From assembly GCA_048622455.1 (NCBI GenBank), contig JBMCUO010000001.1, positions 2,437-66,436 of the forward strand: a DNA stretch of 64,000 bases, in the 5' to 3' direction. Positions 56,880 to 64,000 of the stretch are shown piece after piece. Both the position numbers and the translations under genes were made by a program. Source of the stretch: Candidatus Saliniplasma sp. Its GTDB lineage: Archaea > Thermoplasmatota > Thermoplasmata > Halarchaeoplasmatales > Halarchaeoplasmataceae. The notes below the pieces were generated by a model. That model did no database searches. It saw only the letters and a program-made list of their open reading frames with translations, and was not told the origin of the DNA. Every line of letters starts with the position of its first letter. The first letter of the stretch is position 1.

Positions 56880-57365
56880 ATGCTTGATAATAGGGACCTT
56901 ACTTCAGATGAACGCGGCGACATACCTGGTTTACCAATGGAGATGCTGATAATTTCAGTAGTGATGTTGATATCCATACCTCTAATATTCTCTTACTCAT
57001 CCATGTACGTACGTCGACAGACCGAATCGGACCTGAGAGTTCAGCTAGACAAGATGGTAGAAATCTTTGAAGAGGTCAAGGAATCAGAGGTCGGTAACCG
57101 CAGGACATTTTCTTTGAATCTCAACGATCATCCTCTAGCTAGGGTATCATATGTGGAGATAGGCGGAGAAAACTATCATCTAAGAACAACGATCCGATAC
57201 AAATTAAGAGATGATTCTGAGGTTGCCTTGAATTTAGATGGTTTAGAAGCGTCAGGTAGGACCGATGGAGATTTTACCAATGTACAACTCCCTTTGGATG
57301 GCGGGACGGTTCTCATTGAGTATTCCCAGAACCTGGACTTCGTACAAATATCGGTGGGTGAGTAA
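56880..57365 (+). CDS. Predicted membrane-anchored protein, possible class III (type IV pilin-like) signal peptide. Start moved to an internal ATG to remove a 95-nt overlap with the opposite-strand gene.
   Basis: Charged N-region DNRDLTSDERGD followed by hydrophobic MEMLIISVVMLISIPLIF. Confidence 0.3.
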   Translation: MLDNRDLTSDERGDIPGLPMEMLIISVVMLISIPLIFSYSSMYVRRQTESDLRVQLDKMVEIFEEVKESEVGNRRTFSLNLNDHPLARVSYVEIGGENYHLRTTIRYKLRDDSEVALNLDGLEASGRTDGDFTNVQLPLDGGTVLIEYSQNLDFVQISVGE

Positions 57366-57367
57366 GT

Positions 57368-57865
57368 GTGAAAAGATCAAACCGGGGAACTATGGAACTT
57401 CCATTTAAATTGATGATGATGATGCTTCTGATCGGCATGGTAATACCTACAACTCTTATCGGGTACAGGAATGTAAATAGGACCATGTACGAAAATAGAG
57501 TAATGAACGAACTGCATGACCTTATCGCGTTCTCAAGGAAGTTGAAGCGAGAAGGTGACTTATCCAGTATGACTATAGAGTTGGATCTAACAGGTGATAC
57601 CTTTGCCAGTTTAGAGTACCTTCACATTGGAGATTCATTGGATAAGAGACCTTGGATGTTAAATTACAGATTGTCGTGGAAAGAGTCCGACGGTTATCTT
57701 TCAGCCGTAGATCCCCTAGTGAAACTCACCTCGCCCAACAACAACACCTTCCGTCTCACGTCCGGGTCACACAGGTTAAAACTAACGCATATCTACACGG
57801 AGGACACCTCTTTTATCGTGGTCAGTAACGTTAACCAAGTTATCGACGGCTCTAGATTCACTTAA
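57368..57865 (+). CDS. Predicted pilin-like protein with class III signal-peptide-like N-terminus
   Basis: MKRSNRG-TMELPFKLMMMMLLIGMVIP (basic region, Gly, then hydrophobic helix with Glu near start); GTG start 2 nt after the preceding stop. Confidence 0.3.
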   Translation: MKRSNRGTMELPFKLMMMMLLIGMVIPTTLIGYRNVNRTMYENRVMNELHDLIAFSRKLKREGDLSSMTIELDLTGDTFASLEYLHIGDSLDKRPWMLNYRLSWKESDGYLSAVDPLVKLTSPNNNTFRLTSGSHRLKLTHIYTEDTSFIVVSNVNQVIDGSRFT

Positions 57866-58292
57866 AATCATCTAATGAACGTTTTTTCCATCCTCCGCCT
57901 TTACCGATATGTACCACATCCCAACCCTCATCTTCCATCCGGTCAGATATGAACCTTCGGTGGCACTGGTACGGGTCTTTTTCCATGCACATCATCACTG
58001 TATTTCCATCTCTAGCCAAATTTTTCAGTTCCTCGTATGACGTATTCCACCTGTCTGACAGCATCACTTTTTCATACTCTTTTTCCCTAAGACCTCCCAA
58101 TCCAGGAAGGTGCTTGTACATCACACCCTTTTGAAACAGAGTCGTTTTGAGATTCTCTTTAATGAACTCCTGCCTTTTGGAACTAGGGTAGGAACGAACG
58201 TCTACTAGATGGTCTATATCGTGCTTATCTAGCAGGTCCAAAAACTCTTCTTCAGTTAGACCTTGATAACCGAGGGTGTATATTTTTTTCAC
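57858..58292 (-). CDS. DUF488-family protein
   Basis: MKKIYTLGYQGLTEEEFLDLLDKHDIDHLVDVRSYPSSKRQEF matches the DUF488 N-terminal consensus. Confidence 0.65.
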   Translation of the reverse strand: MKKIYTLGYQGLTEEEFLDLLDKHDIDHLVDVRSYPSSKRQEFIKENLKTTLFQKGVMYKHLPGLGGLREKEYEKVMLSDRWNTSYEELKNLARDGNTVMMCMEKDPYQCHRRFISDRMEDEGWDVVHIGKGGGWKKRSLDDFK

Positions 58293-58426
58293 AGTTTGTC
58301 ATGAAATTCAATTAATAAATAAATTTTGAGAAAACAGGGGAAATTATTATATAATGTGTGTATAATATACTTGTGCGACAAAAGGGGTACAATAGATGCC
58401 TAATAGACATATACAGGAGGTAGAAA

Positions 58427-58660
58427 GTGTCCGAAAATGAAAAGATATCGATAAGGCTTCCAAAAAACTTCTTGGAACGCATCGATTTTCTTGTTGAGAT
58501 GGACGACTTTCCCTCTAGGTCAGAGGCGATTCGTACAGCAGTGAGGGATATGTTGTATTACAGAGTCGACCTTGTGGCCGATAAAGTTGAAAAGATGGCT
58601 GAGCAGGAACAGAAGATGGCTCAAGCCAAAGCTATAAAAGAAGAATATTTAAAAAGATAA
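58427..58660 (+). CDS. Ribbon-helix-helix (CopG/NikR-like) DNA-binding protein
   Basis: ISIRLPKNFLERIDFLVEMDDFPSRSEAIRTAVRDML beta-alpha-alpha; GTG start with aggagg 6 nt upstream. Confidence 0.6.
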   Translation: MSENEKISIRLPKNFLERIDFLVEMDDFPSRSEAIRTAVRDMLYYRVDLVADKVEKMAEQEQKMAQAKAIKEEYLKR

Positions 58661-58693
58661 TCCTAGGGATGGGATGCCCTTAACTTACTAGCC

Positions 58694-58757
58694 GGGGTTT
58701 CTACCCCTTTTCCCCGCATATCACGATACTATATCTCCCCCCCTTTTTTTTCTTTTT
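58694..58757. terminator. Short GC hairpin (GGGG-tttcta-CCCC) followed by an oligo-C/T tract between convergent genes
   Basis: Seen in sequence; archaeal terminators are typically T-rich tracts. Confidence 0.25.
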
Positions 58758-59887
58758 CAAACTCCCATGGCCAAGCGGAGCATGTTCCTAAATCCAGGAG
58801 CTAGACCCAGTACGATTATAACAAATTTAACGAGTACGGTCACACTTCTCATATCTTTCAATTCTTCCCTGAGCCCAACATCTAACACGTATATGGACCC
58901 GACTATTATGAGAAGTTTCATGAGATACATGACCAAGGAAGTTCCGATCAGATCTATCAGGAGGGTGGGTACTACATGTTTTTCCACATAACCGTAATAT
59001 TCGATACCTCTGTAGGTAGAGGAAGCGTCGAAGAAGTGAGCAAACGCTATCAATAAGTTCAAAATCGAGAGATATCCTTTCGAAATCCTATCAGAACGCT
59101 GAAGTAGATATAATGTGGTTACAAAAAGTGAGGTGGCCAAGAAGGCGTAACCCAGTATGATAGGGACTTCCCACGGGTTTGAATTCTGCAAAGTCAGTAT
59201 ATAATGAGTACAATATATCAGAGCTACAGCTAAGAACGAACCTCCGTAGGCTGAGAATAGGTACTTCTCGTTCTGCCATCTGTACTTGATCCCAACGAAG
59301 TAAAATACCACCAGAACTGCGAACATGACCACTGAAAGTACAGTATAGAACTTCAAACGCAGGAGTAAAAATATCAGCAGAGGCGGGACCAAGACGAAGG
59401 CTCTACTCGTATGTCCCAACTCATTCAACCAACTCCCAAGAACCATGGTCAGTATCGCGGATATACCCAGCACGAAATAGATGATAGGTGAAATAAATAA
59501 AGGTGCGATGCTCTCTCTGAACAATCCAGCATCTTCAAGTGCTCTGAGAGAACCTCCGAGCAGAAGCCATGGTAACAGGGATAGCACGAAATTCTTATTC
59601 ACTTCGATATCATAATGATCGATGATCTCGTAGATCCCTAACAGCGAAAGTGCTACAACGAGACCGTATGCAAGTGTATTCACCCAGTTGTATCCCTCAG
59701 AAATGCCGTTCACCGGTTCATCTCGTGCATCCGCCAGAACGGGACCCCATAAATATCTGAACAAGAATGAGTCCCAGAACAGCTCTGGTAAGACCAGCGA
59801 ACCAAAAATTAAGATCACCGTGGGAACTGTTAAAATTAAAATCCAGGACTTCAGTTTATTATCTAGATATATTTCGCTCAAGTTCAT
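58757..59887 (-). CDS. Polytopic membrane protein (DUF63-like), last gene of the glmU-glmS operon
   Basis: 376 aa, 9-10 TM; start overlaps the glmS stop by 4 nt. Confidence 0.45.
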   Translation of the reverse strand: MNLSEIYLDNKLKSWILILTVPTVILIFGSLVLPELFWDSFLFRYLWGPVLADARDEPVNGISEGYNWVNTLAYGLVVALSLLGIYEIIDHYDIEVNKNFVLSLLPWLLLGGSLRALEDAGLFRESIAPLFISPIIYFVLGISAILTMVLGSWLNELGHTSRAFVLVPPLLIFLLLRLKFYTVLSVVMFAVLVVFYFVGIKYRWQNEKYLFSAYGGSFLAVALIYCTHYILTLQNSNPWEVPIILGYAFLATSLFVTTLYLLQRSDRISKGYLSILNLLIAFAHFFDASSTYRGIEYYGYVEKHVVPTLLIDLIGTSLVMYLMKLLIIVGSIYVLDVGLREELKDMRSVTVLVKFVIIVLGLAPGFRNMLRLAMGV

Positions 59888-61668
59888 TCCACTGTCACGC
59901 TCTTAGCCAGATTGCGGGGTTTATCGATATCTCTACCGAGTTCGTAAGCTGTGTAATAAGCAAACAGCTGTAGAACGACGTTCACAATTATAGGTGAAAA
60001 CAGAGGTAGAACTTTTGGAATAGATATGTGATGATCACAGAGCTTTTTCATTTCCTTATCATTTTCACCGACACCGTATATAGGACTCCCTCTAGCTGCG
60101 ATCTCACCCACGTTCCCCAGCATCTTCTGATACGTATTGTCCTTAATGCAGATAGATATGACAGGAGTATTTTCAGTCAGGAGTGCAAAGGGACCGTGTT
60201 TTAACTCTCCCGCGGGATAACCAGCTGCGTGGATGTAAGCGATCTCTTTAAGTTTTAAAGCCCCTTCTAGGGCAACCGGGTAGTTGATGTTCCTACCGAC
60301 AAAGAATATATCCTCCGCTGAAGCCAGTTTCCCGGAAAGTTTCTTTATGGTTTCAGACTTATTTAATATCTTTTCAACCAGCCTGGGAAGTCTTCTCAAT
60401 TCATCTCTATACGTTTCAGCCTCATCAACACGAAGGGTCCTCTTCATCAATCCTAATTCGATCGCTATCAAATAGAGAACCACTAGCTGCGTTGTGAATG
60501 TTTTAGTAGCCGCTACACCTATCTCAGGTCCCGCTTGAGTATATATTACCTCGTCGACCTCCCTTGTGAGTGAACTGTCGAGCACATTGGTTATACCAAG
60601 AGTCTTACATCCTCTCTGGGAAGCCTCTTTAGCTGCACCCAGGGTATCGGCAGTCTCCCCACTTTGACTCAATAATATGGTGAACGGATACTCACTCAAG
60701 CGAGAAGAGTACCTGTATTCCGAGGCCATCTCTACCATGCACGGTATCCCGGAGATCTCCTCTATGATGTATTTCCCGACTAAAGCGGCGTGGTAAGATG
60801 TACCGCATGCGATGAGTCTTATGGAATCGATCCGATATTTTTTAAGGTCCAGTTCTTGGAAACCTTTCAACCTGCCCAGTAACGATTCGTGGATAGCTTT
60901 GGGCTGCTCGTGGATCTCTTTCATCATATAATGTTCGTAACCACCCTTCTCAGCATCTTCGATGGACCATTCAACGGTTTTCGTTTCCCTCTCGACCGAT
61001 TTTCCATCCCTATCCCATATCTCAACAGTATCTTCAGTCAACCGGGCTATGTCGCCGTCGCGAAGGTACTTCACATCCTCAGTGTGATCCAGTAAAGCAG
61101 GTACGTCTGAAGCCAGCAAGTTCTCGCCGTCTCCGACGCCCACGACCAACGGGCTCTGTTCTCTAGTAGCGGCTATCTCGTTCTTATCAGAATGTATTGC
61201 AACTATGGCGTAAGCCCCATTGAGTTTTTTAACAGTTTCCCGGAGAGCATCCACAAGGTCACCATCATAGTTCTCCTCGATCATATGCGCGATGACCTCA
61301 CTGTCCGTATCCGAAGTGAACTCGTGTCCTCGGCCTACAAGCTCTTCTTTTAATGACACGAAATTTTCGATTATACCATTATGTATTATAGATATATCTC
61401 CCGAGCAGTCCGAAAACGGATGAGCGTTCTTATCAGAAGGTTTACCGTGCGTAGCCCACCGGGTATGTCCGATACCTATGTAACTTTCAGGTATCTGTTC
61501 CTTCGGAAGGTCTTCGATCCTACCTTTTTTCTTAACTAATGATATCTCTCCATCACTCTTGACAGCTATACCGATAGAGTCGTAACCCCGGTATTCCAAG
61601 CGTTTCAACCCTCTTAGGAGTATGTCTCTGACTGCAGAACTGCCTATGTATCCGACTATCCCACACAT
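59884..61668 (-). CDS. glmS: Glutamine--fructose-6-phosphate aminotransferase (isomerising)
   Basis: MCGIVGYIG N-terminal nucleophile, two SIS domains, C-terminal ...AKSVTVE; 594 aa. Confidence 0.9.
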   Translation of the reverse strand: MCGIVGYIGSSAVRDILLRGLKRLEYRGYDSIGIAVKSDGEISLVKKKGRIEDLPKEQIPESYIGIGHTRWATHGKPSDKNAHPFSDCSGDISIIHNGIIENFVSLKEELVGRGHEFTSDTDSEVIAHMIEENYDGDLVDALRETVKKLNGAYAIVAIHSDKNEIAATREQSPLVVGVGDGENLLASDVPALLDHTEDVKYLRDGDIARLTEDTVEIWDRDGKSVERETKTVEWSIEDAEKGGYEHYMMKEIHEQPKAIHESLLGRLKGFQELDLKKYRIDSIRLIACGTSYHAALVGKYIIEEISGIPCMVEMASEYRYSSRLSEYPFTILLSQSGETADTLGAAKEASQRGCKTLGITNVLDSSLTREVDEVIYTQAGPEIGVAATKTFTTQLVVLYLIAIELGLMKRTLRVDEAETYRDELRRLPRLVEKILNKSETIKKLSGKLASAEDIFFVGRNINYPVALEGALKLKEIAYIHAAGYPAGELKHGPFALLTENTPVISICIKDNTYQKMLGNVGEIAARGSPIYGVGENDKEMKKLCDHHISIPKVLPLFSPIIVNVVLQLFAYYTAYELGRDIDKPRNLAKSVTVE

Positions 61669-61671
61669 TGT

Positions 61672-62853
61672 TCATACCACCCTGCTTCCCTGAGTAATAT
61701 TCTTTCTCACAGTTTTACCAGAATCTATTATACAATCGTTTCCAACGATCAAGCCCTTCTCCATAACAACTCCAGCACCGATATCGGTATCCTCTGCTAT
61801 CATACATCCTATATCTGAAACTTTGTTGTAACCCGAACTCACTTTGATATCAGCATCGCCTACGTATGTTGTGAAATTCCCTCCTATACGTACACCATCC
61901 CCGATAACTGAATTTCCTATGAAGGAATGAGGCCCTACTTCGACAGTATTCATGAGAAGTGAGTTCTGAATGAGTGCGAATGGGTAGATCTTTGAATCTT
62001 TTCCTATGCTGGTTGAAGGTAAGATGCATGCTTTCGGTCCGATCTCACTTCCAGAACCGATGACAGCGGGTCCCTGGATGTGTGTGCCACTTTTGATGAC
62101 CGTCCCTTCTCCGATGTAAACCGGTCCGGAGATAGAAACATTTTCCTCTATGACACCGTTTTTAACATCTACCACGTTGGTCAAAGCGGTCGAATTGACG
62201 GACCGTAGATCCCAAGGATAGACCGCATCTATCCACATAGCTTCTGTGATTATCCCTTTTAGATTCTCTAAATTCTGTACAACAGAGGTCAGGTCATAGA
62301 CCTGTTCTGACATGAAATCTCTTATACGATCGAATATCTCATAAGGAAAAGAATATATTCCAGTCGAGATCAGATGTGAATAACTCTTCTCTGGCTTCTC
62401 TATGATCTCTTTCACATAACCATTGGACAAAGAAACCACGCCATATTTTGAAGGGGTATCACTTTCGGTGATCAGGACTGAGCGAGTTGACTTGTCTTTA
62501 AGTAGATGAGCTACCGTTTCTTTGGAGATAACGTTATCGCCTGGTAAAACAATAAAATCGCCATGGATTTTCTCTTCGGCCTGAGCTAGTGCATGTGCAG
62601 TACCGAGCTGTTTCTTTTGAACCACATACTCGATATCAGCGTTGAACTCTTCACCGTTACCGAAGTAAGTCAATATCTTTTCTTTCTTGTAACCCACTAA
62701 CATAACTATCTCAGTTATACCGTTCTCAACAAGTGCTTCCACAACGTATTCCAGGATCGGTTTGTTAGCCACGGGTATCATCACTTTGGGTTCAGATACC
62801 GTAAAGGGTCGTAATCTAGTTCCCTCTCCCGCTGCTAGGATTACAGCTTTCAT
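61672..62853 (-). CDS. Bifunctional sugar-1-phosphate nucleotidyltransferase / hexapeptide-repeat acetyltransferase (archaeal GlmU-like)
   Basis: MKAVILAAGEGTRLRP nucleotidyltransferase motif; C-terminal left-handed beta-helix hexapeptide repeats (IGEGTVI, IGSGSEI, IGNSVI); 3-nt gap to glmS. Confidence 0.8.
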   Translation of the reverse strand: MKAVILAAGEGTRLRPFTVSEPKVMIPVANKPILEYVVEALVENGITEIVMLVGYKKEKILTYFGNGEEFNADIEYVVQKKQLGTAHALAQAEEKIHGDFIVLPGDNVISKETVAHLLKDKSTRSVLITESDTPSKYGVVSLSNGYVKEIIEKPEKSYSHLISTGIYSFPYEIFDRIRDFMSEQVYDLTSVVQNLENLKGIITEAMWIDAVYPWDLRSVNSTALTNVVDVKNGVIEENVSISGPVYIGEGTVIKSGTHIQGPAVIGSGSEIGPKACILPSTSIGKDSKIYPFALIQNSLLMNTVEVGPHSFIGNSVIGDGVRIGGNFTTYVGDADIKVSSGYNKVSDIGCMIAEDTDIGAGVVMEKGLIVGNDCIIDSGKTVRKNITQGSRVV

Positions 62854-63024
62854 GGATAGATATTACCGGATGGGAATTTAATAGTTTTGCTTATCGCAGA
62901 TCTTCCCAATTTATATATATCTGAGATTCATTATGTATATAACCTTGCAAAAGGGTGTTAATCTGGATCTGCAGAAAGGATATGACTTCGCTGACATCCT
63001 TGAAGGTTAGATGGTGGAAAATAT

Positions 63025-64000
63025 ATGAAAATGAAGATATCTGTTTTAGGTGTTGGGATGTTATTGCTCTTCTCGATGTTTGTTGTTGGTGTGAGTGTAT
63101 CGAATGGACATGGAGAAGAAATAAACGAAAATTTGGAAAGTGAACCTAAATTGACCCAACTGGCTGATTCACCGTGGCCTAGCTTCGGTCGTGATCAACA
63201 GAACACCCGAAGGAGTCCATACGACACTAGTCACGTAGATGGAACGGAGAAATGGAGCTTTGATACTGACGATAAAGTGTTTTCTTCGGCAGCTATTGAT
63301 GGGGATGGAACTATATATGTAGGGTCCCACGATAATCACTTTTATGCTTTGAATCCGAATGGAACGGAAAAATGGAGCTTCCAAACCGATGGGTCAGTGT
63401 ATTCTTCGGCAGCGATAGATGAAGACGGGACTTTATATTTCGGCTCCTATGATGGTTATTTGTATGCTTTGAATCCAAATGGAACGGAAAAATGGAGCTT
63501 CCAAACCGGTGCGCGTGTGATTTCTTCTCCGACCATCGCTGACGACGGTACTATCTATGTAGGATCCTGCGACAATAACTTGTATGCGGTGAATCCAGAT
63601 GGCTCAGAAGAATGGAATTTTACCACAGGTGATGAGATATGGTCTTCGCCCGGTATAGCTGAGGACGGCATCGTTTACATCGGCTCCGATGACGGTAATC
63701 TGTACGCGGTTAATCCAGAAGATGGTACAGAAGAATGGAGTTTTGGAACTGGCAATAAGTTTTGGACTACCCCGACGATCGCTGATGACGGTACGATCTA
63801 TGTCAGCGATTATGACGAGGATACATACAATAACAATCATCTCTACGCAATAAATCCAGATGGTTCTGAAAAATGGAATTTCGAAATAGGTTGGAACCCG
63901 ACTGCTAATCCTGCCATCGGTGATGATGGTACGATATATGTCGGTGGCGGGGACCATAAGATGTATGCTGTCAATCCAGATGGGTCAGAAAAATGGACTT
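63025..64000 (+). CDS. Secreted PQQ-like beta-propeller repeat protein, 3'-partial (runs off the window end)
   Basis: Signal peptide MKMKISVLGVGMLLLFSMFVVGVSVS. At least 8 repeats of GTEKWSF.T...SS.AI..DGTIYVGS.D..LYA.NP (PQQ/BamB-like blade). Frame stays open to position 64000. Confidence 0.7.
   Translation, partial: MKMKISVLGVGMLLLFSMFVVGVSVSNGHGEEINENLESEPKLTQLADSPWPSFGRDQQNTRRSPYDTSHVDGTEKWSFDTDDKVFSSAAIDGDGTIYVGSHDNHFYALNPNGTEKWSFQTDGSVYSSAAIDEDGTLYFGSYDGYLYALNPNGTEKWSFQTGARVISSPTIADDGTIYVGSCDNNLYAVNPDGSEEWNFTTGDEIWSSPGIAEDGIVYIGSDDGNLYAVNPEDGTEEWSFGTGNKFWTTPTIADDGTIYVSDYDEDTYNNNHLYAINPDGSEKWNFEIGWNPTANPAIGDDGTIYVGGGDHKMYAVNPDGSEKWT

Noticed and set aside
63169-63957. Minus-strand ORFs 63169..63384 and 63604..63957
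   Set aside because: They are antisense to the plus-frame PQQ-repeat protein, whose 8 regular repeats and signal peptide run from 63025 to the window end.

Overview
This is a gene-dense, AT-rich 64 kb segment that I read as an archaeal chromosome. Archaeal markers include peptidyl-tRNA hydrolase Pth2, a PGF-CTERM-anchored surface protein, an ADP-forming acetyl-CoA synthetase alpha subunit, the AcnX-type phosphomevalonate dehydratase of the archaeal mevalonate pathway, a ferredoxin:thioredoxin-reductase-like protein with a rubredoxin domain, a DUF99 protein, a Trm11-like THUMP methyltransferase and an archaeal GlmU-like bifunctional enzyme. Two tRNA genes have standard cloverleaf structure. 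Many genes are preceded by GGAGG-type Shine-Dalgarno sequences, and many proteins are acidic. The window holds about 60 protein genes plus tRNA-Val(CAC) and tRNA-Phe(GAA). Housekeeping functions include glutamine synthetase, a serine hydroxymethyltransferase-like enzyme, QueE, GlmS, a nucleotide-sugar dehydrogenase, thioredoxins, a cold-shock protein, an S2P (M50) protease, a P-type ATPase, and two MATE exporters, one MFS transporter and one DASS-like transporter. The accessory content is unusual. (1) A convergent cyanophycin synthetase (cphA, 882 aa) / cyanophycinase (cphB) pair lies next to an Asp/Glu-racemase-family gene, directly downstream of tRNA-Val. (2) A Cas4-like PD-(D/E)XK/Fe-S nuclease carries a four-helix membrane insertion; no CRISPR array or other cas genes are nearby. 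(3) An AcnX small-subunit::NUDIX fusion is translationally coupled to the AcnX large subunit. (4) A 2684-aa cell-surface protein combines parallel beta-helix blocks, an I9-propeptide/S8 subtilisin module, Big_2-like Ig repeats, a CARDB-like domain and a C-terminal transmembrane anchor; a short beta-helix paralog lies about 34 kb away. (5) A GLUG-repeat surface protein contains exact intragenic DNA duplications. No CRISPR array, transposase or integrase was recognised. All calls rest on motif and architecture recognition by eye; no database search was possible.
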